DNA of 63,802 nucleotides, counting the filler, from Licmophora abbreviata (taxonomy: Eukaryota): NCBI GenBank assembly GCA_900291995.1. It is 20 parts of 20 records of this genome, joined end to end, with 100 filler letters (N's around TTAATTAATTAA, not from the genome) between each part and the next. Parts side by side here need not be neighbours in the genome. Positions count along the whole stretch, not along the records: positions 29,996 to 34,239 come from OLMU01004562.1; positions 34,340 to 36,601 come from OLMU01004563.1; positions 36,702 to 38,446 come from OLMU01004565.1; positions 38,547 to 41,477 come from OLMU01004566.1; positions 41,578 to 43,175 come from OLMU01004568.1; positions 43,276 to 45,608 come from OLMU01004569.1; 14 more parts are not named here. One strand, written 5' to 3'. A program made the translations under genes and the position numbers. Below the pieces are notes generated by a model. The model saw only the letters and a program-made list of their open reading frames with translations, was not told where the DNA came from and did not search any database. Below, one piece after another: positions 33,388-44,658 of the stretch (its first letter is position 1; every line of letters begins with the position of its first letter).

Positions 33388-35153
33388 ATGCCGAAATCAA
33401 AAGACGTCCTTCTGGAAATCCGCGATCTGCAGATTCAGGGCTATTCCGACGAACAATGGGTCGACATCATCAAGGGTGTCGACCTGACCCTCCACCGGGG
33501 CGAGGTGCTGGGCCTGATCGGTGAATCCGGCGCCGGGAAATCCACCATCGGTGCGGCCGCCATGGGCTATGCCCGCGACGGGACCCGTATTTCCGGCGGC
33601 TCGATCGAGTTCGACGGAATGGAGCTGACCACCGCCTCCGAAAGTGACCGGCGCGCGCTGCGTGGTTCGCGGATCGCCTATGTGGCGCAATCCGCCGCCG
33701 CCTCGTTCAACCCGGCGCACAAGCTGATCGACCAGCACACCGAAGCGCCGGTGCAATACCGTCTGAAAAAGCGGATGGAAGCGCAGGAAGACGCGGTCGA
33801 ACTCTATCGCCGGCTGCGCCTGCCCAACCCCGAAGAGATCGGCTTTCGCTATCCCCATCAGGTGTCAGGCGGTCAGTTGCAGCGCGCGATGACGGCGATG
33901 GCCATGTCCTGCCGTCCCGATCTCATCATCTTCGACGAACCGACCACAGCTCTTGACGTGACCACCCAGATCGAGGTGCTGGCCGCGATCCGCGATATCG
34001 TCGATCAGTTCAATACCGCCGCCATCTACATCACCCACGATCTTGCGGTCGTGGCGCAGATGGCCGACACGATCAAGGTGTTGCTCAAGGGCGAAGAAGT
34101 GGAAGAGGCCCCCACCAAGGAAATGCTCGACAACCCGAAAGAGGATTACACCAAAAGCCTCTGGGCCGTCCGCAGCCTCAAGCGCGAGCAGAAAGTGCGG
34201 CCCAAGGACACGACGCCGCTCATCTCGGTGCGTAACGTANNNNNNNNNNNNNNNNNNNNNNNNNNNNNNNNNNNNNNNNNNNNTTAATTAATTAANNNNN
34301 NNNNNNNNNNNNNNNNNNNNNNNNNNNNNNNNNNNNNNNGGTGCTCGATGATGTCAGCTTCGATGTCTACGAGGGCATGACCGTCGCCGTTGTCGGCGAA
34401 TCCGGGTCCGGCAAATCCACCACCGCCCGTGTCATCACCGGGCTTTTGCCCCCGATGAAAGGCGACGTTCTGTTCAAGGGCGAGCCGTTCCCCCCCGATT
34501 ACCGCAACCGCACCAAGGATCAGTTGCGCCAGTGTCAGATGATCTACCAGATGGCCGACACCGCGCTTAATCCCAAGGTGCAGATCTCGGAAATCATCGG
34601 CCGTCCGGCGCAATTCTATCACGGCCTCAAGGGCGCTGCCCTCAAAGCCCGGGTGGACGAGTTGCTGGACCTGATCGAGCTTGAGCCCTCGAAATACTAC
34701 AACCGCTACCCGCCTGAACTCTCCGGGGGGCAGAAGCAGCGGATCGGGATTGCCCGCGCACTTGCCGCCGATCCCACCTTCATCATCTGCGACGAGGTGA
34801 CATCAGCCCTCGATCAGCTTGTCGCCGAAGGCATCCTGCGGCTTCTGAACCGGCTCCAGAAGGAATTGAACCTCGCCTATATGTTCATCACCCATGATTT
34901 GGCCACCGTGCGCGCCATCGCCGATGAGGTGGTCGTCATGCAGCATGGCAAGGTGGTGGAACAAGGCCCAAAGACGGACATGTTCACGCCGCCGCACCAC
35001 CCCTATACCGATCTGCTGCTCAGTTCGGTGCCCGAGATGGACCCCGACTGGCTGACCACCCTGCTTGAGGAACGCGGCGTCGACAATGTCGGCGAGGCGG
35101 CCTCCAGCAACATCAAGCCGGGCGATTCCAAGGTGCAGGGCACACAGCTCTGA
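33388..35153 (+). CDS. Fused double-domain ABC ATPase (DppD/F-like), split by linker
   Basis: Two Walker A motifs (GESGAGKS, GESGSGKS), SGGQ signatures, HPYT. Confidence 0.9.
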
Positions 35154-35262
35154 TCAGGGCTTCGACCATGAAAAACGGCGGATGGGCATGTGCCATCCGC
35201 CGCTATCTATCTCGTTGCAACCGGACCTGCCAAACAGGTCTCTGGTGTCAAGCTGCCCTGGA

Positions 35263-35382
35263 TCAGGTGATGGACATCGCGCTGAACACCATCGTGGCCA
35301 CGATGAGTCCATACACGATGAGGACCGCCGGCCAGGAAGCACTGTGCATACGCAATTCGCGGTTCAGTTCGTCACGCGTCAT
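35263..35382 (-). CDS. 39-aa small membrane protein MTRDELNRELRMHSASWPAVLIVYGLIVATMVFSAMSIT
   Basis: AGGAGG RBS 6 nt before ATG; single C-terminal hydrophobic helix. Confidence 0.6.
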   Translation of the reverse strand: MTRDELNRELRMHSASWPAVLIVYGLIVATMVFSAMSIT

Positions 35383-35591
35383 TTTTGGCCTCCTGAAAAG
35401 TGAGGTTGCGGTTTGGGCGGGCGCATCAACGTCCGTCAGCCGCACATAATCGAAAATTTGCGCCGCGCAATCCCAAATTTCAAAAAAATCCATGCACCCT
35501 GTGCAGGGCTGCCGGGATGGCACATCATGGCTCGTATCGGCGCCGGGTGGCGCCGATGTTTATGCAGCATTATCAGTGCCTTGGCGCAGCT

Positions 35592-36324
35592 TTATGCGGC
35601 GGGTCTGGCCGGTCCTTGCAGCGGCATCACTTTCAGCTCGCCCTCTTGGCGTGCCTTTATTGCCATAGCTGCGGCATGCGCACCGGCGCCGGTCGTGAAA
35701 TACGGGATCTTGTCATACAGCGCGACCGACCGGATTTCGCGGCTGTCCTCGACGGCCTGCGCACCTTCGGTGGTGTTCATGACCAGTGCGATCTGCCCGT
35801 TCTTGAGCATGTCCACGATATTCGGGCGTCCCTCATAGACCTTGTTGACCACCGCGCAATCGATGTCCTGCTCGGCCAGAAACGCCGCCGTGCCACGGGT
35901 CGCGATCAGATCGAAGCCCAGATCGGTCAGCGTCCGTGCCGCCTCGATCAGCTGCGGTGTCTTGTCCGAATCCTTGATCGAAAAGAACACCGTGCCGCTG
36001 TCCGGCAGGTCTGTGCCCGCACCCATCTGCGCCTTGAGGAAGGCGCGCGGGAAGGACACATCCCACCCCATCACCTCACCGGTCGAGCGCATCTCGGGGC
36101 CAAGGATCGTATCCACACCGGGGAAGCGCGCGAAGGGCATGACCGCCTCCTTGACCGAAAACCACGGCATCGCCGGATCGGCCAGCGTCATCTGGTCGGC
36201 CATTGGCAAGGTTCCGGGTTTGGTGTCGGCAGGGTAGGGACCCCGATAAGGGAAGTTCGACATCGGCTCGCCCGCCATCAGCCGCGCCGCGATGGATGCA
36301 ATGGCTGAGTCGGTGGCCTTGGCC

Positions 36325-36356
<32 letters not shown>

Positions 36357-37151
36357 CACTTCGATCAGATAGATGTCGTCACCCTTGACGGCGAATTGCA
36401 CATTCATCAGCCCCACGACATTCAGCGCCCGGGCCAGTGCCTCGGTCTGGGTCTTGATCTCGGCGATGGTTTCGGGACGCAGAGAATAGGGCGGCAACGA
36501 ACAGGCGCTGTCCCCCGAATGCACACCCGCTTCCTCGATATGCTGCATGATGCCCGCCACATGCACAGTCTCGCCATCGCAGAGCGCATCCACATCGCAT
36601 TNNNNNNNNNNNNNNNNNNNNNNNNNNNNNNNNNNNNNNNNNNNNTTAATTAATTAANNNNNNNNNNNNNNNNNNNNNNNNNNNNNNNNNNNNNNNNNNN
36701 NCCCTCGGCCACCCGGCGCCTGCGCACATCGGCCTCGGTGAAGCCGGTCAGCTTGGCAAGCCGCGCATCGGTGAAGCCCAGCATCTTCAGACGGCGCAGC
36801 CCCGCTGCGTCCTTCGGCAGGCCCGCCGCGCGCACCTCTTCTTCGGCTTCCACGATCTCGCGGATGCGCGCCAGGAACCACGGATCATAAGCGGTGGCGG
36901 CCTGAATATCGTCATTGCTCAACCCGTGCCGCATGGCCTGCGCGATGGTGCGCAGCCGGTCCGGCGTCTGCTTGCTCAGCGCCTTGATGACGGCGGCGCG
37001 CTCCGGTGCCCCCTCGATCTCGATCTCGTCGAACCCGCTCAGGCCCGTCTCCATCGAGGCCAGCGCCTTTTGCAGCGACTCATGGATCGTCCGGCCAATG
37101 GCCATCGCCTCGCCCACCGATTTCATCGCCGTGGTCAGATGCGGCTCCGAG

Positions 37152-37186
<35 letters not shown>

Positions 37187-37274
37187 GGTGACGACATAGT
37201 CAATGGTCGGCTCGAAGCTGGCGGGCGTCACCTTGGTGATGTCGTTGTCCAACTCGTCCAGTGTATAGCCCACC

Positions 37275-37306
<32 letters not shown>

Positions 37307-38254
37307 ACCCGTCGCCTTGGAGGCCAGCGCCGACGAGCGCGACACCCTCGGGTTCATCTCGATGACCACCATACGCCCGTTCTCGGGGTTGATCGCCCAT
37401 TGCACGTTCGACCCGCCGGTCTCGACCCCGATCTCGCGCAGCACCGCGATGCTCAGGTTGCGCATGATCTGGTATTCCTTGTCGGTCAGCGTCAGCGCCG
37501 GGGCCACGGTGATCGAATCTCCGGTATGCACACCCATCGGATCGACATTCTCGATGGCGCAGACGATGATCGCGTTATCGGCCTTGTCGCGCACCACCTC
37601 CATCTCGAACTCTTTCCAGCCAAGCAGCGACTCGTCGATCAGGATCTGGCTCACCGGCGAGGCATCCAGCCCCGATTTGCAGATCCGCTCGTAATCGTCG
37701 CGGTTATAGGCCACGCCACCGCCCGTGCCGCCAAGCGTATAGGCCGGGCGGATGATCGCCGGCAGACCCACCGTGTCCAGCGCCGCCATCGCCTCGTCCA
37801 GCGTGTTGGCGATGGTGGCCGCCGGGTTCTCGATCCCCAGCCGGTCCATCGCCTCACGGAACAGCTTGCGGTCCTCGGCCATCTCGATGGCCTGACGGTT
37901 GGCCCCGATCAGCTCGACGCCGTACTTGTCGAGGATGCCCATATCGGCCACCGCCAGCGCGGTGTTCAGCCCGGTCTGACCGCCCATCGTGGGCAGCAGC
38001 GCATCGGGGCGTTCCTTCTCGATGATCTTGGCGACGATCTCGGGGGTGATCGGCTCGATATAGGTGGCATCCGCCAGTCCCGGATCGGTCATGATCGTGG
38101 CCGGGTTCGAATTGACCAGGATCACCCGGTACCCTTCCTCGCGCAGCGCCTTGCAGGCCTGGGCGCCCGAATAGTCGAACTCGCAGGCTTGGCCAATGAT
38201 GATCGGACCCGCCCCGATGATCATGATGGACGAGATGTCTGTTCTTTTCGGCAT
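35592..38254 (-). CDS. carB: Carbamoyl-phosphate synthase large subunit, split by linker
   Basis: [43 protein letters not shown] domain. Confidence 0.97.
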
Positions 38255-38546
38255 GGTGATCCCCGGGCAGCTGATCGGGCGCGGGCGCTTGCGGCCTGCG
38301 CACAAATTGTTGGCGGTTATATCCATCACGCGCTGGCTTGCAAGGGGCATCGCAAAACCGGCCGCAAAGGCCGCTTTTGACAGTGCCATTTCCCGTCATT
38401 GGCCCTATCTCTTCGCCAGATACGCAGCAGGGAAAGCCGCTTTGCANNNNNNNNNNNNNNNNNNNNNNNNNNNNNNNNNNNNNNNNNNNNTTAATTAATT
38501 AANNNNNNNNNNNNNNNNNNNNNNNNNNNNNNNNNNNNNNNNNNNN

Positions 38547-39496
38547 CGCTCGAGCCTCGCCTGATGCCTCTGATGCCGCGTGATCGCCGCCTGCCCTTGC
38601 TCCAGTTCGGCGTGTTCGACGCCCCCCTTGCAGCACCGCCGCTGGCGGCCGGTCCCGTCGCCTTGCATGACATGACCCCGCACTGGTCCGCCGAGGATTA
38701 CGCCGCCGCTTTCGATCAGGTGCACGCCTATATCTGCGCCGGTGACATCTACCAGGCCAATCTGACCTTCCCGATCACCATGCGCGCCGAAGGCACCCCC
38801 GAGGCGCTCCATGCCGCCCTGACCCGCATCCAGCCGGTCCGCTTCGGCGCCTTGATCGAGGCTCCGGGCCTGCCCGCGATCCTGTCTCGCTCGCCCGAGC
38901 TGTTCTTTCGCACGGATGCCGCCGGCCGGATCGAGACGCGGCCCATGAAGGGCACCCAACCCCGCAGCGACGATCCCGCCGAGGATGCGCGCCGCCGCGC
39001 CTTTCTGTCCTCCGATGAAAAGAACCGCGCCGAAAACCTGATGATCGTCGATCTTCTGCGCAACGATATCAGCCGCATCTGCCTGCCCGGCAGCGTGTGC
39101 GTGCCCGAGCTCTTCAAGGTCGAAACCTACGAGACGGTGCATCAGATGACCTCGCTCGTGGCCGGACATATGGCCGCCGATACGCATTTGTCGGATATCT
39201 TCCGGGCGCTCTTTCCCTGTGGCTCGATCACCGGCGCGCCCAAGCTGCGCGCGATGCAGATCCTCGCCGAACTCGAACCCGCCCCGCGCGAGATCTATTG
39301 CGGCACGATCGGCTGGGCCGCGCCTGATGGGCGCGCGGAATTCAACGTGGCGATCCGCACGCTTATGCTCGAAAACGGGGCCGCGACGCTGAATGTGGGC
39401 GGCGGCGTGGTGCATGACAGCACCGCCGCCTCGGAATACGAAGAGGCTCTCTGGAAGGCCCGTTTCGCCAGCCGCCTGTCATCCGCCTATGCCTGA
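38547..39496 (+). CDS. pabB: Aminodeoxychorismate synthase component I (5' truncated)
   Basis: GDIYQANL, SPELFF, PMKGT, ENLMIVDLLRND, FPCGSITGAPK. Confidence 0.9.
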
Positions 39497-39524
39497 CCGG
39501 CGCCTGTCGCGCCCTCCCGCAGGT

Positions 39525-39577
39525 TAAAGCGTTTCGCGAAAAACCTGCATCACAGAGTTTCGCGAAAAGCCGTGCTT
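39525..39577 (-). repeat. Partial inverted copy (right hairpin) of the 117-bp repeat
   Basis: TAAAGCGTTTCGCGAAAAACCTGCATCACAGAGTTTCGCGAAA is nearly the reverse complement of 3192-3234. Confidence 0.75.
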
Positions 39578-40815
39578 TATTCCGCTGCATGCTGCATCGC
39601 CCGGACATCGTCGCGATAAAGATAATCGCGCGTCAGCGGTACGGCGTCCTGCTTCGGTGACAGCTGGAACTGAAACACCACCTGCCGGTTGAGCCGGAAG
39701 GTCAACTCGCAGGCGACAAGGTAATAGCGCCACATCCGGCAGAACCTCTCGTCATAAAGCGCGCGGGCCTTGTCGATATTGGCCATGAACCGATCATGCC
39801 AATGGCGCAGGGTCTCGGCGTAATGCAGCCGCCAGATCTCGATATCTGTGGCGAAAAAATGCTGCTTTTCGATGGATTTGAGCGCCTCGGACATGGAAGG
39901 TACATAGCCACCGGGGAAGATGTATTTCGTGATCCACGGGCTTGTCACCCCCGGCGGATCGGCCCGCCCGATGGTGTGGATGAGCGCGATGCCCTCAGGA
40001 TCAAGCCGCTGTTTTACCGTTCTGAAATACTCATCATAATGCGGCACGCCCACATGCTCGAACATCCCCACCGACACGATCCGGTCGAATGTGCCTTCGA
40101 GCTTGCGGTAATCCATCAACTCGAACCGCGCCTTGCCCGCCAGCCCGGCCTGTTCGGCCTGTTCGGCCCTTGCATTGGCCATGGCGTGCTGTTCGCGCGA
40201 CAGCGTCACCCCCAGAACCTCGGCGCCATAATCGCGCGCCAGCGTCAGCCCCATGCCGCCCCAGCCACAGCCGATATCCAGCACCCGCATCCCCGGCTCG
40301 ATCAGCAGCTTGTCGCAGATATGGCGTTTCTTGGCCTCTTGCGCCGCCTCCAGCGTCATGTCCGGTTCGCGGAAATAGGCGCAGGAATATTGCCGGTCTG
40401 CGTCGAGGAACAGATCATAAAGCGCGCCGGACAGATCGTAATGATGCGCCACATTGGCCTGCGCGCGGCCCATCGGGTTGAACTGTGCGACGCTGCGCAT
40501 CACATGCCGGCCGATCTCCAGTGGCCTGCGGAACCATGGCTGGCCATTTTGCGCGATATTGCGGATCGCCAGCCCCAGAAACCCGTAAAGATCGTCGTCC
40601 TCGATCGTCAGCCGCCCATCCATATAGGCTTCGCCCACCGCCATATCCGGCGAAATCACGATTTTTCGCGGCAAGGTGTCGTCATGCAGCGTCACCGCCA
40701 CCGTCTGCCCCGACCCGTCGCCATAATGGCGCGTCACGCCGTCGGGAAAAGTGATTTTCAGGTCTCCGCTGCTGAACAGATGCAGCAAAAGCCTGTCCAA
40801 TACCGTTGTCCACAT
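39577..40815 (-). CDS. cfa: Cyclopropane-fatty-acyl-phospholipid synthase family SAM methyltransferase
   Basis: HHYDLS, QYSCAYF, LDIGCGWG, VSVGMFEHVG, YIFPGG, RMWRYYL. Confidence 0.88.
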   Translation of the reverse strand: MWTTVLDRLLLHLFSSGDLKITFPDGVTRHYGDGSGQTVAVTLHDDTLPRKIVISPDMAVGEAYMDGRLTIEDDDLYGFLGLAIRNIAQNGQPWFRRPLEIGRHVMRSVAQFNPMGRAQANVAHHYDLSGALYDLFLDADRQYSCAYFREPDMTLEAAQEAKKRHICDKLLIEPGMRVLDIGCGWGGMGLTLARDYGAEVLGVTLSREQHAMANARAEQAEQAGLAGKARFELMDYRKLEGTFDRIVSVGMFEHVGVPHYDEYFRTVKQRLDPEGIALIHTIGRADPPGVTSPWITKYIFPGGYVPSMSEALKSIEKQHFFATDIEIWRLHYAETLRHWHDRFMANIDKARALYDERFCRMWRYYLVACELTFRLNRQVVFQFQLSPKQDAVPLTRDYLYRDDVRAMQHAAE

Positions 40816-41061
40816 GTCCCATCCCCATTGTCTTGCGCCGTTTCTGGCGTCGTGTCCGGTGATGCGAAACCTGCCGACCTTCCCCCCTGAAATACGGGGT
40901 TTTTGCTCGATATCGGGTATTTTTGCCGACAAATGCCTGTCTGTAAATGATTTTGCTCAATACGCGCCGGTTGCGCATCCGCCCGCCCCTTGACTTTGGC
41001 CCGCCGCCAAGGTGTATCGGCCCGAACCAAGCCACGCAGCCCCCGGGCCAGAGAGGACGCC

Positions 41062-41927
41062 ATGCACGCATATCGCAGCCACACCTGCGCCGAACTCGAC
41101 ACATCCAACGTCGGTCAGACGGTCCGCCTGTCCGGGTGGGTTCACCGCATCCGCGACCATGGCGGGGTGCTGTTCATCGATCTGCGCGACCATTACGGCA
41201 TCACGCAGGTTCTGTGCGACCCCGACAGCCCCGTCTTCGATCAGGTGGAGCGCGTCCGCTCGGAATGGTGCATCCGCATCGACGGCGATGTGAAGGCCCG
41301 CGACGCCAGCCTCATCAACGCCAAGATCCCCACCGGCGAGATCGAGGTGTTCATCCGCGACATGGAGGTCCTGGGCTCGGCCAAGGAACTGCCGCTGATG
41401 GTGTTCGGCGATCAGGAATACCCCGAGGAAACCCGCCTGCGTCACCGCTATCTCGACCTGCGCCGCGAAGAGATGCANNNNNNNNNNNNNNNNNNNNNNN
41501 NNNNNNNNNNNNNNNNNNNNNTTAATTAATTAANNNNNNNNNNNNNNNNNNNNNNNNNNNNNNNNNNNNNNNNNNNNAGTATGACCTTGCCTGCAACGGC
41601 TACGAGCTGGTGTCAGGCGCGATCCGGAACCACAAGCTTGATATCATGATCAAGGCGTTCGAGCTTGCCGGCTATGACGAGGCCGAAGTGCACAAGCGCT
41701 TTGGCGGTCTGGTCAACGCGTTCCAGTATGGCGCGCCGCCCCATGGCGGCTGTGCGGCGGGCATCGACCGGATCGTGATGCTTCTGGCCAATGAACAGAA
41801 CATCCGCGAGGTCATCATGTTCCCGATGAACCAGCGCGCCGAAGACCTGATGATGAACGCCCCCTCCGAGGCCAGCAGCGAACAGCTGATGGAGCTTGGC
41901 CTTCGGGTGATCGAACAGCAGGATTGA
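41062..41927 (+). CDS. aspS: Aspartyl-tRNA synthetase; N- and C-terminal pieces, middle missing in gap
   Basis: [39 protein letters not shown]. Confidence 0.95.
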
Positions 41928-42048
41928 CCGGCCCCGACGGGGCTTGCCGACCGACGCAAATGGCCAAGGGCGCGCAGACAGCGCGCCCTTTTCTTCATCT
42001 GCGCGCCCGCATAGCCTGTGCCGTGCCGTCGCCGCGAAAGGAAAGCAG

Positions 42049-42765
42049 ATGACAGATCGCCCCGTCGGCCCGCCCGTTCCGGGATGGCAGGCGCCGTCCC
42101 GTCCCGGACCTGCGCGCATCGAGGGCCGCCATGCCCTTCTGGAACGGCTGTCCGAGGCCCATGCCTCAGAGCTTTACGATGCGTTCAAGGGGCATGATCC
42201 GGTCTGGGATTACATGCCTGTCGGTCCTTTTGCCTCGTTTGCGGATTTTCGCGCGTGGCTGACAGTGGCCGCTGCCGGTGACGATCCCCTGTTCTATGCG
42301 ATCCGGGATCGCGCGGGCGGCCCTGCAACCGGGGTTGCCTCCTTTCTGCGGATCGATCCCCGCGCAGGCTCGATCGAGGTGGGGTTCATCGCCATGTCCC
42401 CCGCATTGCAACGCACCCGTATCGCGACCGACGCCATCCACCTGATGATGCGTTGGGCGTTCGATGCGGGCTATCGCCGCTTCGAATGGAAATGCGACGC
42501 GCTCAATGCCCCGTCGCGCCGCGCTGCCCGGCGCTTCGGTTTCGTGTTCGAGGGTGTCTTTCGTCAGGCCACCATCGTGAAGGGGCGCAATCGCGATACC
42601 GCGTGGTTCTCGGTGATCGACCGCGACTGGCCCGCGCTGCGCGCGTCCTATGACACATGGCTCGACCCCGCCAATTTCGACGCGGACGGCCTGCAACGGC
42701 ATCGGCTGAGCGACCTCACCGCGCCGCTTGTGGCGGCGGGCGAGGCCGAGCTGCGCAAACTCTGA
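42049..42765 (+). CDS. RimJ/RimL-type GNAT N-acetyltransferase
   Basis: GSIEVG, GYRRFEWKCDALNAPSRRAA, KGRNRDTAWFS. Confidence 0.88.
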   Translation: MTDRPVGPPVPGWQAPSRPGPARIEGRHALLERLSEAHASELYDAFKGHDPVWDYMPVGPFASFADFRAWLTVAAAGDDPLFYAIRDRAGGPATGVASFLRIDPRAGSIEVGFIAMSPALQRTRIATDAIHLMMRWAFDAGYRRFEWKCDALNAPSRRAARRFGFVFEGVFRQATIVKGRNRDTAWFSVIDRDWPALRASYDTWLDPANFDADGLQRHRLSDLTAPLVAAGEAELRKL

Positions 42766-42778
42766 CACGCCGTCGCCC

Positions 42779-43633
42779 TCAGATCGCCGCGCGCCCCTGC
42801 AACCTGTCGCGCACCATCGCGTTGAGATGCGCCAGCACGGCCAACTCGTCGCCCGGCGCGCCGTGTTTGCGGGTGTGCGCCAGCGCGTCGGCGGCATCCG
42901 CAAGCTGCGTGTCGCGCGCCGAGGCGGCGACCCCGCCCAGAAACTGCGCCACGTAATCCAGAACCTGCCCGTCCTTGTCATCTTCCAAAAGGTCGGCCGC
43001 ATGGGTCATGTCCTCGTGATAGGCGGCGGGATCAGGGCGAATCGGGTCCTCGTCCACATGGCGAGGACCAACGATCTGGCGCTCTTGGGGCAGATGCGCG
43101 ATGATCGCCTGCTGAAACTGCATCAGGCTGTCCAACGGCTTGACCAGACAGCCATCCGCCCCCGCCTCTGCGGCCNNNNNNNNNNNNNNNNNNNNNNNNN
43201 NNNNNNNNNNNNNNNNNNNTTAATTAATTAANNNNNNNNNNNNNNNNNNNNNNNNNNNNNNNNNNNNNNNNNNNNCCAGACAGCCATCCGCCCCCGCCTC
43301 TGCGGCCAAGTGCGGCGCGCGGTCGTCGCCGCTCATGCCCAGAATCACCGCGACCCGCGGTTGCGCCTCGTTCAACTCCGCGATCAGGTCCAGCCCGGAC
43401 CCGTCCGGCAGGCCGAAATCCACGATCACCGCCGACGGGCGATAGACCTGCAGATGTCGGCGTGCCGAGGCCAGGCAATCGGCCCGGCGCAGCCTTGCGC
43501 CGCTGCGCAGACACAAGAGCCGCATCGCCTCACTGGCAAAGCGGCTGTCCTCGACGATCAGAATGGTCAGCCCCAGAAGCGGGCGGTTGGCGGTGGGCAG
43601 CCCGTAGGGCTGAGGGGGTGTTCGGTCATCCAT
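42779..43633 (-). CDS. Response regulator (receiver plus uncharacterised C-terminus); 240 aa after merging a 32-nt contig overlap
   Basis: ILIVEDS, VDFGLPDGSG, MSGD, KP. Confidence 0.85.
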
Positions 43634-43682
43634 GGGTGCGATCTCCGGCAGCTGTTATGGACCAAGGCTAGGCCGAAGGTGG

Positions 43683-43698
43683 CTAATGAATGGTTAAC
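43683..43698. promoter_or_regulatory. Putative CtrA binding site
   Basis: CTAA-TGAATGG-TTAAC, one mismatch to TTAA-N7-TTAAC, 50 nt upstream of the response regulator. Confidence 0.5.
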
Positions 43699-43779
43699 AG
43701 GCGGGTTGCGTCCCCTGTCGCTTGCGCCGCGCGTCATGCATCCCCATAACATGCCGTAACGCTATCGGAGGACCAGACC

Positions 43780-44184
43780 ATGATCGGACGCCTGAACCAC
43801 GTTGCCATCGCCGTGCCGGATCTCGACGCCGCGGCCGAGCAGTATCGCAGCGCCCTTGGCGCCGCGGTCGGCCCGCCGCAGGACGAACCCGATCACGGCG
43901 TGACCGTGATCTTCATCGAACTGCCCAACACCAAGATCGAGCTTCTGTATCCTCTGGGGGATGACAGCCCGATCAAGGGCTTTCTCGAAAAGAACCCCTC
44001 GGGCGGCATCCATCACGTCTGCTACGAGGTCGAGGATATCCTCGCCGCCCGTGACAAGCTGAAGGAAAGCGGCGCGCGCGTTCTGGGCACCGGAGAGCCG
44101 AAGATCGGCGCCCATGGCAAGCCCGTGCTGTTCCTGCACCCCAAGGATTTTCAGGGGACCCTCGTGGAACTGGAGCAAGTCTGA
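43780..44184 (+). CDS. mce: Methylmalonyl-CoA epimerase
   Basis: LNHVAIAVPDL, GGIHHVCYEV, GAHGKPVLFLHPKD, LVELEQ. Confidence 0.93.
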   Translation: MIGRLNHVAIAVPDLDAAAEQYRSALGAAVGPPQDEPDHGVTVIFIELPNTKIELLYPLGDDSPIKGFLEKNPSGGIHHVCYEVEDILAARDKLKESGARVLGTGEPKIGAHGKPVLFLHPKDFQGTLVELEQV

Positions 44185-44510
44185 TGAGCATCGCCTCTGC
44201 CATCGTTCTCTTCATGGTCATCTGGTTCATGACCTTCCTGATCGTGATTCCGATCCGCATCGAGACCCAGGGCGACCTGAACGAGATCGTGCCCGGCACC
44301 CATGCCGGCTCGCCGGAACATCATCACCTGCGCAAAAAAGCCTGGATCACCACCGGCGTGTCCTTTGTCCTTTGGGTCATCATCGGCGGCACGATCATCT
44401 CCGGCGTGATCTCCGTGCGTGACATCGACCTCTTCGAGCGCATGGGGCCGGGGGGCAGCATGTGGTACAGCGAATCCAGCGACGCGCCCTCCGCCGCTCC
44501 GGCTGACTGA
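44184..44510 (+). CDS. DUF1467 family membrane protein
   Basis: Two TM helices with TQGD...VPGTHAGSP; usual neighbour of mce in alphaproteobacteria. Confidence 0.75.
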   Translation: MSIASAIVLFMVIWFMTFLIVIPIRIETQGDLNEIVPGTHAGSPEHHHLRKKAWITTGVSFVLWVIIGGTIISGVISVRDIDLFERMGPGGSMWYSESSDAPSAAPAD

Positions 44511-44601
44511 CTGATTTCGGGCTTATCGGTTCGTCCTGAACGGCGCGCGTTTTGTACGCAACTCTGCGCGCGCCCTGTTAATCGGGGCGGTTTCGGTCCC
44601 C

Positions 44602-44645
44602 GATACCGACGTGATACCGACGTATTACCGACGCGATACCGAAGC
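44602..44645. repeat. Four tandem 11-bp repeats (GATACCGACGT consensus)
   Basis: GATACCGACGT GATACCGACGT ATTACCGACGC GATACCGAAGC. Confidence 0.8.
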
Positions 44646-44658
44646 GGGTTTTCTGTTG

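Noticed and set aside
40147..40169. 9-bp duplication in cfa (AEQAEQ)
   Set aside because: In-frame micro-duplication; trivial or an assembly slip
44602..44645. CRISPR array
   Set aside because: 11-bp units without spacers and no cas genes
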